Below, in pieces: positions 8,089 to 17,898 of a stretch of 64,000 bases of DNA. The first letter of the stretch is position 1; each line of letters opens with the position of its first letter. The notes under the pieces are model-generated. The model worked only from the letters and a program-made list of their open reading frames with translations, was not told the origin of the DNA and did not search any database. The DNA lies in the IMG/VR virus record IMGVR_UViG_3300049489_001336, positions 64,001 through 128,000 of that record; one strand, 5' to 3'. This stretch comes from a virus. The translations under genes were made by a program, and so were the position numbers.

Positions 8089-8155
8089 ACGTTAATGCAA
8101 ACCTATACCTGTTTAGTACGTAGATACAACCAAGAAGTGTACTAAAATAACTGCG

Positions 8156-9604
8156 ATGCCTTCGAAACTTTCAGCGTTGATAACGCCTTTACAGCCTCAT
8201 CAGCAACGCGTTTTAGAACGTATACAGGACCCGAACCAGCCGGGGCTTGTCGTTGCCCATGGCTTAGGTTCTGGAAAAACGTTGTCTTCGATCGCGGCGG
8301 CCGACGCGTTACAAATGCCCACACACGTAGTAGTGCCGGCAGCGCTTAAAGCAAATTACTTAAAAGAACTACAGAAACATCGTGTTAATCAAGAAGAGGA
8401 TTTCAACATACACTCTTTACAGCGAACTTCGCGTGTCCCTGACGTACCTAATTTAACCGATAGTGCCCTCATAGTTGATGAAGCCCACAGACTTAGGGAT
8501 CCTAGCACTAGAGGCAATCAACTATTTAAACACTTGCGCGCTAAGAAGCGCCTACTTTTAACTGCAAGCCCTGTTTATAACCACCCTGCCGATTTATCGT
8601 CATTGGTCAACCTCGCTGCAGGCAGTAAACAACTTCCTGAAGATCGAAAAGACTTCGAAGCCGCCTACACAGGCATGGAAAAGATAAGCCCCGGTTTCTG
8701 GGCTCGTTTACGCGGCGTAAAACCGGGTGAACGTCAAGTCCTAAGAAACAAGGCTCATCTACAAAAAATACTTAATAAATGGGTTGATTACCACGAAAAT
8801 ACAAGTACCGAAGATTTCCCCTCTACTAAAGAGGAAATCGTAAATGTTCCAATGTCTGAAAAACAACAGGAAATCTACGATGGCCTGTTAAACAAAGCTC
8901 CTTTTTGGATTCAATACAAAATCAAGAATAACTTGCCTCCTACGAAGCAAGAAAAGCAGTTAATCAACTCATTTTTAACGACACAGCGGCAGGTCGCAGG
9001 CAGTCCCCACACATTCGTCCAAGGGATGTCCGTGGACGAAGCGGTGAACCACACGCCTAAGATTCAAGAAGCTTTGAAACGTCTCAAAGCACAAATGCAG
9101 GCAAATCCTGACCACAAAGCAGTTGTGTATTCTAATTATTTAGATTCAGGGCTTGAGCCCTATCGGCATCTTCTTGAAAAGGAAAAAATCCCCTATGGGA
9201 TGTTCACGGGGAAGATGAAGAAAAAAGAAAGAGATCAATTAATACTTGATTACAACGCCAACAAAATTAAGGCGTTGTTGTTGAGTTCTGCAGGCGGGGA
9301 AGGTCTGGACTTAAAAGGTACCCGTCAAATCCAAGTCTTAGATCCGCACTTCAACGAAGAAAAGATTCGGCAAATCATTGGGCGAGGCGTTCGTTATAAG
9401 AGCCACACTCATTTGCCTGAAGACCAACGCAACGTGCTCATTGAGCGTTATTTGTCCAAAAATAGACCGACATTTTGGAACAAACTGACAGGTGGGAACA
9501 AAGACACTACCGCTGAAGAATACTTGGATCAATTGTCCAAGGAAAAGCTGCGGTTAAATGATCAAGTTATTGAACTACTCAAACAACGTAATAGTACAAC
9601 ATAG
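8156..9604 (+). CDS. SNF2-family SF2 helicase/ATPase
   Basis: Motifs I (HGLGSGKT), II (DEAH), III (TASP), V (SSAGGEGLDL) and VI (QIIGRGVR). Confidence 0.9.
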   Translation: MPSKLSALITPLQPHQQRVLERIQDPNQPGLVVAHGLGSGKTLSSIAAADALQMPTHVVVPAALKANYLKELQKHRVNQEEDFNIHSLQRTSRVPDVPNLTDSALIVDEAHRLRDPSTRGNQLFKHLRAKKRLLLTASPVYNHPADLSSLVNLAAGSKQLPEDRKDFEAAYTGMEKISPGFWARLRGVKPGERQVLRNKAHLQKILNKWVDYHENTSTEDFPSTKEEIVNVPMSEKQQEIYDGLLNKAPFWIQYKIKNNLPPTKQEKQLINSFLTTQRQVAGSPHTFVQGMSVDEAVNHTPKIQEALKRLKAQMQANPDHKAVVYSNYLDSGLEPYRHLLEKEKIPYGMFTGKMKKKERDQLILDYNANKIKALLLSSAGGEGLDLKGTRQIQVLDPHFNEEKIRQIIGRGVRYKSHTHLPEDQRNVLIERYLSKNRPTFWNKLTGGNKDTTAEEYLDQLSKEKLRLNDQVIELLKQRNSTT

Positions 9605-9614
9605 CGTTTAAAAC

Positions 9615-9689
9615 CTCCGACGCCAGGACTCGAACCTGGAACCCCCAATTTAACAGATTGGTGCTGACTACCAATTGAGCTACGTCGGA
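9615..9689 (-). tRNA. trnN: tRNA-Asn(GUU)
   Basis: Anticodon arm CCAAU-CUGUUAA-AUUGG, acceptor UCCGACG/CGUCGGA; slightly enlarged D loop; antisense to both flanking CDSs. Confidence 0.88.
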
Positions 9690-9720
9690 ATGATTCTTAA
9701 TCGTACAGGACGCCAAGCAA

Positions 9721-11181
9721 ATGTCAATACCCCACCACAATGGAAGATTGCGCGCACTGTTAGCCTTAGGCTTCAAGCTAGCTGAATACGCCCCCGGCAT
9801 CCCCGATAAGTCACGGGTCGTCCCGTTGCCCGACATCCGTAAGCCGACGACGTGGAAGCTCAGTATCCAAGAACATAATGCAGACCGCGCAGGAAAGCAT
9901 CTTGACTTGCGTCTTGTCGACCCCCGTACGGGCCATGCACATTCTTGGGCAATTCCGCGCGCGGAACTCCCCGCGCCAGGGAAAGCGGTTCTCGCAATAC
10001 AGCAGCCAACGCACACAGCGGATTACGCGCTTAATTTTGGAAAAAACAAAGTCGACGTAATTCCTGAAGGGTATGGCAAAGGCAGCGTACGCAGCCATAC
10101 GCTTGCAGACGCTGATGTGTTTCACAGTACGCCCGCGCCAAAAGGTACGCGTGTACGCTTTAACGTATACAAATCAAAAGGCCCCGAAGAGTACGCAATT
10201 GTTCGCATGGGGAACGGCTCTGATTTGCTCGTCAATAAAACTTTGACTAGGGAGCGCGTACCCCAGTTGTTATTGGGCGAGAAACCCAAAACAAAAGAAG
10301 TAGACGTTACTAAAGTTAATCCGACGTCCAAAGATGAAGTTTGGATGCCGAAGTACGATGGGGCGCATACTTTAGTTTTGTTGAGTGATGAAAACAAAAT
10401 TCCAAGGCTTTTTTCTTATCGCATTCCTAAGAAACATACGGCAGGGCTTATAGAGCACACGCACAAAGCCCCTGACTTATTGGTACGTCGTGTACCTAAA
10501 GACCTGAAAAATACGGTGCTACGTGCTGAGACGATAGGCATTACATCTGAGGGGAAAGCGATTCCTGCGTCAGACGTGGCGGGATTACTCAACGCGACTG
10601 TAACGAACTCCCGAGAACGCCAGAAAGAGCTTAACGCAAAGCTTGTCCCTGTACTCTTTGATATCGAAAGTATCAAGGGTAAAAGCGTCCAGCATTTACC
10701 TTTTGAAGAACGCTACAAGTTACTCAAAGGCATTGGAGAGCGTTTACAACTTCCGGTCACGGACACCGCTTTTGATACCGCAACCAAAGAAAAACTTCTC
10801 AAACACATACGAGAAGGAAAGCATCCTCACACCTCTGAGGGTGTCATGATACAGTCTCTATCGACGAACAGTCCTGCGCAGAAGGCCAAGTTTAGACCAG
10901 ATCACGACGTGTACGTGCGTGAGATTTTCGAAGCTGTAGATGCACGTGGCAAAGGTTTAGGCCGTGCCGGCGGTTTTGAGTATTCATGGACGCCCCGAGG
11001 ACCTATCGTAGGCCGTGTAGGAACAGGCTTTGACCACGCCTTAGCCCGCGACATGTTTATTAGCTCTAATAAATATACGGGGCGGGTCGCCAAGGTGGAC
11101 GCCGAACGAAAAAACCCAAGTGGGTCTTTATCTAAACCAAGTTTTATCGCTTGGCATGTGGATAAAGGAAAACAACTATAA
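9721..11181 (+). CDS. ligD: LigD-like 3'-phosphoesterase fused to ATP-dependent DNA ligase (NTase + OB fold), no polymerase domain
   Basis: PE motifs IQEH....HLDLRL, SWAIP, H..DYA, YGKG; ligase motifs KYDG, EGVMI, KAKF, VGTGF, PSF..W..DK. Confidence 0.85.
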   Translation: MSIPHHNGRLRALLALGFKLAEYAPGIPDKSRVVPLPDIRKPTTWKLSIQEHNADRAGKHLDLRLVDPRTGHAHSWAIPRAELPAPGKAVLAIQQPTHTADYALNFGKNKVDVIPEGYGKGSVRSHTLADADVFHSTPAPKGTRVRFNVYKSKGPEEYAIVRMGNGSDLLVNKTLTRERVPQLLLGEKPKTKEVDVTKVNPTSKDEVWMPKYDGAHTLVLLSDENKIPRLFSYRIPKKHTAGLIEHTHKAPDLLVRRVPKDLKNTVLRAETIGITSEGKAIPASDVAGLLNATVTNSRERQKELNAKLVPVLFDIESIKGKSVQHLPFEERYKLLKGIGERLQLPVTDTAFDTATKEKLLKHIREGKHPHTSEGVMIQSLSTNSPAQKAKFRPDHDVYVREIFEAVDARGKGLGRAGGFEYSWTPRGPIVGRVGTGFDHALARDMFISSNKYTGRVAKVDAERKNPSGSLSKPSFIAWHVDKGKQL

Positions 11182-11199
11182 TCAAGCGAGGAGTCACAG

Positions 11200-11637
11200 A
11201 TGCATTACGAAAATGGTCGCGCAATTGCTTTGATGTCTTTGGGTATTAAAAAAGCAAATGCGCTTGTGCATGTTCCAGGAATGGGGCGTACTCTCCGGCC
11301 CGGCTTATCTAACGAGGCAAAAGCACGATTGCTTACCGGAATTACCGGCACTGCCGGAGGTGCCGTAGGCGGCGCTCTTGTAGACGATGAGGACCCGCTG
11401 CGCGGAGCTTTGTGGGGCGGAGGCGTCAACGCTGCAGGAGGCCTGGTAGGCGCTCTCGCTTCGCGGCACCTAAAAAAGAACGAGCCAGCTGTCCATCGAA
11501 TGTTAGAACCAATGTACGAGAATATGTTGAAGCGCCCAGGAACCGCTGCAGGAGTAAGTGCAGGTTCTGGAATGCTGAGCGGTGCTATAACTTCTGGTAT
11601 TGCGAGCAGGTTCCGCGGTACTCCTGAACAAGGCTGA
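11200..11637 (+). CDS. Gly-zipper membrane protein with shared N-terminal motif
   Basis: HYENGRAIALMSLGIKKA followed by three GxxxG-rich hydrophobic helices. Confidence 0.7.
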   Translation: MHYENGRAIALMSLGIKKANALVHVPGMGRTLRPGLSNEAKARLLTGITGTAGGAVGGALVDDEDPLRGALWGGGVNAAGGLVGALASRHLKKNEPAVHRMLEPMYENMLKRPGTAAGVSAGSGMLSGAITSGIASRFRGTPEQG

Positions 11638-11651
11638 ACCTATCCTTTCGT

Positions 11652-12116
11652 ATGCCCAGAACCCCTGACCGTACCCCTGGAGAATCCCTCGAAGAAGGGA
11701 CCGTCTACGACAACCGTCCGCCTGGTGAAGAACCCACCAGTGCGGGCGGTGTTCGGTACGTAGACGGGTCTTTTTCTTTTCGGGATAGTCTTGGTTTATT
11801 TAATCCGCGGTCAGGCGGTAGCGGTATTACGGAACCGCAACACAAAGCTCTTGACACTCTTGTTCACGATTTAGCTGAAGATAATTACACGGAGCTCACG
11901 TACACAGGGCAAGACCTTACGTCCGTGATTGTTTGGGAAACTGCCGCTAAATTGAAAAAAATACGCGAAGCCACCCTGTCTTATACAGGAGATGACTTAA
12001 CGCAGGTTATTGAAAAGCAGTACGACGCCGCAGGCACAACGGTTGTTGAAGAAATCACGTCCACGCTCGCTTACTCTAGCGGGGACCTAATAAGTGTGAC
12101 GGAGGACTTCACGTGA
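11652..12116 (+). CDS. putative virion structural protein
   Basis: First gene of a coupled plus-strand block; repeated beta-rich L.YTGxDLT.V segments. Confidence 0.5.
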   Translation: MPRTPDRTPGESLEEGTVYDNRPPGEEPTSAGGVRYVDGSFSFRDSLGLFNPRSGGSGITEPQHKALDTLVHDLAEDNYTELTYTGQDLTSVIVWETAAKLKKIREATLSYTGDDLTQVIEKQYDAAGTTVVEEITSTLAYSSGDLISVTEDFT

Positions 12117-13969
12117 GTGTATTTAAAGCGGTCTTCGTCGCAGGTGGCAGAATTGCGCTCAAAGCAGGCAGCGCTCTTATCGGACGCGTTCACTTGCGTA
12201 ACCCTGGGGACACAGCGAACATGGGCGACGCGACTACGCCCGTACGCACAGACCCCACAGGGACAACTGCACAGCCTGTCACTGACAACGGGGGGTCCCT
12301 TACTGTAGATGGCACGGTCACTGCCAACGTGGGCACGACCAACGGTCTTGCACTCGATGCTACGCTTACGGGAGGCACTCAAAAAGCGATGGTTCGTGGG
12401 GGTGCAAAAGGCGCAACCACGGCTGCTGACGTCACTAGCACTGCTGAAGGCGCAGATCACCAGGCTGTGGACGTTCAGGTTTATCATGGCGGTTCTGCGA
12501 TTAATCCGACGGCTATTCGTGCGTTAACTGCTTCAGATGTTGTCACGAGTAACCAAGGCACTGCGGCGGCATTGTCTGGTTATTGGCCCGTGCGCGTTAC
12601 GGACGGCACCAATACGATGCCCACAGGCGACGTCGTTGGCAGGGCCCTTTTCGAAAAAATAACAGATGGAACCAACACTGCAGCCGTCAAAGCCGCCAGT
12701 ACTGCAGCAGTAGCTACAGACCCTGCACTTGTTGTTGCAGTGAGCCCCAACAACATAATTTCCACCGCAGCGGTTGACCCGTTAGGGGTACCTGTGTGGG
12801 GTACCGCGTTCGATGAAACGCGTGTTGCAGCCCCTTGGACGCTGGCAGACTTAATTAATAAATATGAAATCGATCCTCGTAACTACGCGTCACAAACAGC
12901 TACCGCAGGTACCGTTACCCATGTAGCTGCGCAAAGCGCAGTTCGTCTAACCGTCACAGGCACCAGCGGCTCTAGTGCAAAACTTAGAACAAATACGTTC
13001 TACCGCTACCAAGCAGGTAAAGGGCTGCGTTGGCGAACTACGCTTTACCACGCAGATACAGGACAAACTAACCAGACCCGGCGTTGGGGATTTTTCGACG
13101 ATAATGACGGTTTGTTCTTCCGACTCAGCGGCACAACCCTAAGCGTTGTTCAACGAAGTTCTGTTTCAGGTTCTGTTGTAGACACTGTCGTTAACCAGTC
13201 CGCTTGGAATTACGACCCCATGAACGGAACGGGGCCCAGCGGCATCACTTTGGATATTACCAAAGGCAATATCTACGAAGGTGTCTTTCAGTGGCTTGGG
13301 GTGGGCAGTGCCCACTTCTTTATCAATGGTCGGCTAGTTCATACGTTCCAAAATGCGAATACAATCGCCGCGCCTTATATGCGTACGGCACAGTTGCCTA
13401 TGTCTTGGGAGGTTGTCAATACAGGGACTTCGACTGCATCCAGCCTGACGTACGTCTGTGCGTCGGTTTTCGTTGAAGGAGGCGACCTTCCTCAAGCTAC
13501 TTCGTTTGCCGCGTACAACACAGCCGACATCAGTGTTACAACCACGGAACGTCCTGTGCTCTCCATCCGTCCTAAAGCTACATACAACGCGATTACGAAT
13601 AGAATGTTGGTTCTTCCATTTCTGATGTCGATATCCACCGAAGGAAGTCGCGCAGGCTTCCGTATTGCGATGAATTCTACCTTGACGGGCGCATCTTGGA
13701 CCTCTGTAGATGCTAATTCAGGGGTTGAATATGACTTGTCTGCGACGTCTGGTACCGGTGGACAAACACTCTTCCGTGGTTTTATGCCTAACTCTAACGA
13801 CAGCGCTACCTTGTCTTTAACAGAATTCTTTTCAGACAAAGCACACGGTCGCGCTTTGCGTTTAGACGCCTTTGCAACTACACAAGATGTTTTGACTATC
13901 TACGCCATCAATGAAGCCGCAGGTACGACGTTAATGCGCGCGTCGTTGGCTTGGGATGAGGTGCGGTAA
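12113..13969 (+). CDS. putative virion fibre/decoration protein
   Basis: 618 aa, Thr/Ala/Gly-rich N-terminal repeats, then a beta-sandwich-like region (YQAGKG..RRWGFFDDNDGLFF..FQWLGVG) typical of phage structural proteins. Confidence 0.55.
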   Translation: MSVFKAVFVAGGRIALKAGSALIGRVHLRNPGDTANMGDATTPVRTDPTGTTAQPVTDNGGSLTVDGTVTANVGTTNGLALDATLTGGTQKAMVRGGAKGATTAADVTSTAEGADHQAVDVQVYHGGSAINPTAIRALTASDVVTSNQGTAAALSGYWPVRVTDGTNTMPTGDVVGRALFEKITDGTNTAAVKAASTAAVATDPALVVAVSPNNIISTAAVDPLGVPVWGTAFDETRVAAPWTLADLINKYEIDPRNYASQTATAGTVTHVAAQSAVRLTVTGTSGSSAKLRTNTFYRYQAGKGLRWRTTLYHADTGQTNQTRRWGFFDDNDGLFFRLSGTTLSVVQRSSVSGSVVDTVVNQSAWNYDPMNGTGPSGITLDITKGNIYEGVFQWLGVGSAHFFINGRLVHTFQNANTIAAPYMRTAQLPMSWEVVNTGTSTASSLTYVCASVFVEGGDLPQATSFAAYNTADISVTTTERPVLSIRPKATYNAITNRMLVLPFLMSISTEGSRAGFRIAMNSTLTGASWTSVDANSGVEYDLSATSGTGGQTLFRGFMPNSNDSATLSLTEFFSDKAHGRALRLDAFATTQDVLTIYAINEAAGTTLMRASLAWDEVR

Positions 13970-15114
13970 TGGGCACACTTAGTACACTTTTAGATAATAT
14001 AACGCTTAATGCAAGTGGGTCCGCCAATTATCGGGCAGGACCCGAACAAGAAGTCGTTTTATTTTGGAATATCACAGGGCCCGTTACAGGAACCAGCCCT
14101 ACGCTGGTGTTTACGTTACAAGAAGTCGATCCAGGAGACGAAACAACTGCAAACGGGCAGTCTTCTACGAGTGCTCCTATTACAGCAGCAGGGACAGGGC
14201 AACTTGTTCTAAGCTTAATCACGAGCCCCATCATAAAAGTATCCTGGACCGTTGGAGGCTCTTCTCCATCGTTTGGGGCAACGCGCGTTACGTGTGTATC
14301 CAAAACAGTAGGTAATAAAGGGCCAATCGTAGCCGATGGCGCCGATACCACGTTGGGGGCGACCACCGACGCGGACACGGCTCTTACCGTGGTCGGCCGC
14401 CTTAAAAAAATTGTCGCGCTTTTGGCGGGAGGTTTACCTGCTGCCTTAGTAGGCGGGAGGCTGGATGTAAATACAGGCTCCTGGCTAGGTTCCACCGCGC
14501 CATCGGTAGGTCAAAAAACCTCCGCAAGCAGTCTACCGGTTGTTATCGCAAATGACCAGACCGTGCCCGTGTCTAGCGGTGCAACTGAAGAAGCTACGTT
14601 TACCGTAACTGCCTTAGCGGTTGTTTTAGGGAATAACAAGTCGTTACTAAGTCTCTACAACCCAACAGCAAGTACCAAGATTTTGAAACTGCGTGAATAC
14701 TACGTACGAAATGCACAAACAACAGCTGTCACAGGCGTTGCCGCACAGTTACACATTTATCGGTTTGCGAGCGGCAGTGCCCCTACTGGGGGGACCGCGC
14801 TAACTCCGTACGTACACGATACCGCCGACACGCTCGGAGTGGGGATTGACGCTCGTACAGGTGGCACCATCGCAGGAGAGGTGGCGGCGGTGGCCGACGT
14901 GATGCGCATCAGCTCCGATGAGTGGGGGCCTGGTACCTTAGACCAAGAAGGCGCGCAGCAAACCATCAGTAACTACTTGCCCGCGCGAGTAAAGAGAGAC
15001 GCGCAACAAAAACCCATTGCAGTGCTTCGTCCAGGGCAGGGTGTCCATTTGAAATGCGCGACCAATACGACGGCAGGTAGTTTTGATTTAATCTTCGTAT
15101 TTACACAGGTGTGA
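13969..15114 (+). CDS. putative virion structural protein
   Basis: 381 aa, Thr/Ala/Gly/Val-rich and beta-rich; stop/start overlap with the upstream gene. Confidence 0.5.
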   Translation: MGTLSTLLDNITLNASGSANYRAGPEQEVVLFWNITGPVTGTSPTLVFTLQEVDPGDETTANGQSSTSAPITAAGTGQLVLSLITSPIIKVSWTVGGSSPSFGATRVTCVSKTVGNKGPIVADGADTTLGATTDADTALTVVGRLKKIVALLAGGLPAALVGGRLDVNTGSWLGSTAPSVGQKTSASSLPVVIANDQTVPVSSGATEEATFTVTALAVVLGNNKSLLSLYNPTASTKILKLREYYVRNAQTTAVTGVAAQLHIYRFASGSAPTGGTALTPYVHDTADTLGVGIDARTGGTIAGEVAAVADVMRISSDEWGPGTLDQEGAQQTISNYLPARVKRDAQQKPIAVLRPGQGVHLKCATNTTAGSFDLIFVFTQV

Positions 15115-15118
15115 TTTT

Positions 15119-16063
15119 ATGGCGCGACTTGACCGTAGACTTCGGGTTTCCTGGGAAACGTTAAAAACGTTAGCTAACCAAAAGCGCGTTGGCTACCACA
15201 GTTATGAAACTGAAAATGCCATCGAAGTCTATTTGATCGAGGACGGGGAGCCGTCTTTTTGGGCCTGCGTCTACAAAAGTACCGACCCCTCGTATGACGT
15301 GGACACTTACAACGATTGGATTGACAACTACGCTCTTACAGCAAACGGCCCGTCTCGTCCTCGTGACTATGATGGACGTGACGTATTTCTTCCCGTCACG
15401 TTGGGTGCGGGCCAGTGGCATTATTGGCACGGTGAGGGAGATGACGTTGAGGAGGAAACTATAGGGGGCGGCGCTGCGTTTGCCGTATCCCGCTCGACCG
15501 CAGGGGAGAGTACTGTTGTTTGGCGTTACCGTGACCCCGTATGGATTGCAGGCGGTTCTTTCAAGTACGAGGGAGCACAACTCGGGGATTGGGTGCGGTT
15601 TGAGATCTATGCCCCTGCAACACCTATTACGCCCAGTGCAGGAGGCAATACAGGTAATTGCAACCTGCACGAGTCTGGGGTGCTCATTCCTGCGGCAGGG
15701 GATGGCGCGTACAACGTAGACTTAGAAAATACGTACCCAGTACCTACCTCTGACTTCGCGCCTTACTCTGGGTTTTGGAATTACGCATTACCAGCGGACA
15801 TGAAAGGAAAAGGAGTAACCACGGCGGGCACACCAGGAGGGTCCAAGTATCACTTAATCCCTGCACGGGTAAATTTGGATTTGTTCGTCAACAAGGAGAG
15901 GTTGTTGGGTAGCGGATTAAGCACCTATGAGCCTCAAAACATTCGCGTGAGTCTTTGTCTCCCTGGTTGGGAATTTGAGTGCACCATCCATAACGAGACA
16001 GGAGACCATACATTAGAAGCGATTTGGCGTGTTTTAGTGAGCCGTTATTGGACGACTGTTTAA
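15119..16063 (+). CDS. putative virion structural protein
   Basis: 314 aa, last gene of the plus-strand block, ending at a convergent terminator. Confidence 0.45.
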   Translation: MARLDRRLRVSWETLKTLANQKRVGYHSYETENAIEVYLIEDGEPSFWACVYKSTDPSYDVDTYNDWIDNYALTANGPSRPRDYDGRDVFLPVTLGAGQWHYWHGEGDDVEEETIGGGAAFAVSRSTAGESTVVWRYRDPVWIAGGSFKYEGAQLGDWVRFEIYAPATPITPSAGGNTGNCNLHESGVLIPAAGDGAYNVDLENTYPVPTSDFAPYSGFWNYALPADMKGKGVTTAGTPGGSKYHLIPARVNLDLFVNKERLLGSGLSTYEPQNIRVSLCLPGWEFECTIHNETGDHTLEAIWRVLVSRYWTTV

Positions 16064-16064
16064 T

Positions 16065-16100
16065 AGCTAAAAAATAGAACGGGCAAAATCCCGTTCTATT
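16065..16100. terminator. bidirectional intrinsic terminator
   Basis: AGCTAAAAAATAGAACGGG-CAAAAT-CCCGTTCTATTT between convergent genes. Confidence 0.85.
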
Positions 16101-16778
16101 TCAGGCCACAGCCCGATAGAGATCGTCCCCGGACCTGTACTGCACAGGCGCCGTATGGACTATTCGGTGTGAAGGCTTAGCCCAAACATTAGCGCGAGCA
16201 TACGTGTCGTCTTCGTCGGATTCCAACGACACTTTCTGCGCTAACAAAACGTCATAGATGGGGAGATTTCCGGGAGGAAGGACACACCATTCTTCGATGA
16301 TATTTCCTTGCATGTCCAACCTGAAAATGTTGTGCATGCGTCCTCGACGGATCTCAAAAATATTTCCTTTGTTGGAGACAACGCGAAACTTATTTTGCGT
16401 CTCCAACATGGTGCGTTGTTCTTCGGTAAGGCACATGTACAACAGCGCTTTGGCGCGTTCTTCGACAATTTGCGAAATGGCCCGCTGTGCTTCATTGGGA
16501 ACAACGATGGGAGACGCGGGTGAATACATAGGGCGTCGCGTAGGATAGTTTTCGTAACGAAATACGTCCAAACCGGTTACTGTGTATGTACTTAAAGAGG
16601 GAAACCACGCTGTAGACACAGCGTTCCCGTATGTGGTGGAACTTGTGGATGCGCTGTACGCCGTCGTGTCTACCCACCCGCTGTTACCCATACAATGGGC
16701 CTGGTACGCGTGATACACCCGATACATTTCATTGGAATTAAACGCGATTGTAGACGTGATTTCCGTGTCAACAATCAC
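16101..16778 (-). CDS. hypothetical protein (probable GTG start at 16778, coupled to the upstream stop)
   Basis: GTGA overlap with the TGA of the 16775..17047 ORF; C-terminal domain with WC..P..LP..D.LLAQK. Confidence 0.6.
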   Translation of the reverse strand: MIVDTEITSTIAFNSNEMYRVYHAYQAHCMGNSGWVDTTAYSASTSSTTYGNAVSTAWFPSLSTYTVTGLDVFRYENYPTRRPMYSPASPIVVPNEAQRAISQIVEERAKALLYMCLTEEQRTMLETQNKFRVVSNKGNIFEIRRGRMHNIFRLDMQGNIIEEWCVLPPGNLPIYDVLLAQKVSLESDEDDTYARANVWAKPSHRIVHTAPVQYRSGDDLYRAVA

Positions 16779-17047
16779 CCGCCCTGCAACGGGGGCCGCA
16801 TCAGGATTTTCTCGGCGTTCGGGTCGAACTCCCGGATCTGCTCCCCTGTGCTCCCGTCGCTGTTTAGCCTGAAGGCTACGTAGCCTTTCTTTTTCAAGAC
16901 GTCGAAGCTCGCCTTTGCTGCTTCGACTTCCACCGCATTGTTTTTGTCCCAATGCACCTTGGAGTCCCCCGACAGGTCCATTCCGAACATGATCCCCGTG
17001 GACGACTCTGTGCGTTCGTTTGGTTGCACCACATGCTGCAGCTGCAT
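16775..17047 (-). CDS. small protein ending in Gly-Gly
   Basis: 90 aa, globular-looking composition, C-terminus LQGG-stop. Confidence 0.65.
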   Translation of the reverse strand: MQLQHVVQPNERTESSTGIMFGMDLSGDSKVHWDKNNAVEVEAAKASFDVLKKKGYVAFRLNSDGSTGEQIREFDPNAEKILMRPPLQGG

Positions 17048-17124
17048 TTGCCATCTCTCTTCCTAAAAGAAAAAAGACACGTAAAATACGCGTCTTTATC
17101 TTATGCCACAAAATATGGATTATC

Positions 17125-17523
17125 TCAGATTTGAGCGCCATGCTCGCGCAAAATACCGACGAGATCTGGCGGTTTCCATCCTTCGGGTTTTAGAATTTTG
17201 CCGTCGGCTCTAAACGTGGCTACCCCGTTCGGGAATTTAGCCATATTGGAACGTTGTACTTCATTGAAGATAGCCGCCAACGGAATACCATACGTATGGG
17301 CGGTCTCTGCAATAATGTACGCCATATCGGCTAGCGCATCCGAGATTTTCACAATATCGGAATCGCTTTCAGCTGAAAGGTACTCTTCGTATTCCTCACG
17401 CAAAAGGCGAAGCCGTAATCTGCGCACTTCCATGTCTTCCGGAAAACCGGGAGTCGTCGCAGGCTTTCTGCCTGCCGCTGTCATGAATTCAAAGACAGCG
17501 TCCATTACCTTTTCCAAAGCCAC
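17125..17523 (-). CDS. MazG-like NTP pyrophosphohydrolase (PRA-PH/DR2231 type)
   Basis: EEYEEY...DALADMAY...EVQRSNMAK...DGKILKPEGW. Confidence 0.85.
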   Translation of the reverse strand: MALEKVMDAVFEFMTAAGRKPATTPGFPEDMEVRRLRLRLLREEYEEYLSAESDSDIVKISDALADMAYIIAETAHTYGIPLAAIFNEVQRSNMAKFPNGVATFRADGKILKPEGWKPPDLVGILREHGAQI

Positions 17524-17526
17524 TCC

Positions 17527-17880
17527 TTACGCGTGAAACACCGCCCCATGATACGCAGCGTACATGCGATACTGCGGTATTTGCTTCACGTCGTCCATGT
17601 CTAGAAAACCGATGTCAAGCATCCGCGTAATCGCAGTGTCTACACAATGCCAACACGGATGATAATAGGCGACTTGCTGCAAAAGCCATTTAAAATTGCC
17701 CTGCGCGTTAAGTTGCATACTCTGCAGTTGTGCGCACATTTCTTGTTTACGTCCGTCAGGAAGCGGTTGATCTGCCTCAACCACAAGAGATTCAAAAACC
17801 GTTAAAACGGCATTTAACGTATCTTCGTCCTTAAAGAAGGTCCGATTTTTAATCAATACGGCGAGCTCTTTGAGATCCAA
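17527..17880 (-). CDS. hypothetical protein
   Basis: 117-aa ORF in the operon. Confidence 0.55.
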   Translation of the reverse strand: MDLKELAVLIKNRTFFKDEDTLNAVLTVFESLVVEADQPLPDGRKQEMCAQLQSMQLNAQGNFKWLLQQVAYYHPCWHCVDTAITRMLDIGFLDMDDVKQIPQYRMYAAYHGAVFHA

Positions 17881-17898
17881 CGTACCACCTCTATGTTC

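Noticed and set aside
16101-17141. Single 346-aa protein as listed in the ORF track
   Set aside because: The first 120 codons overlap the better-supported 16775..17047 ORF and the upstream gene; a GTGA stop/start overlap places the start at 16778.
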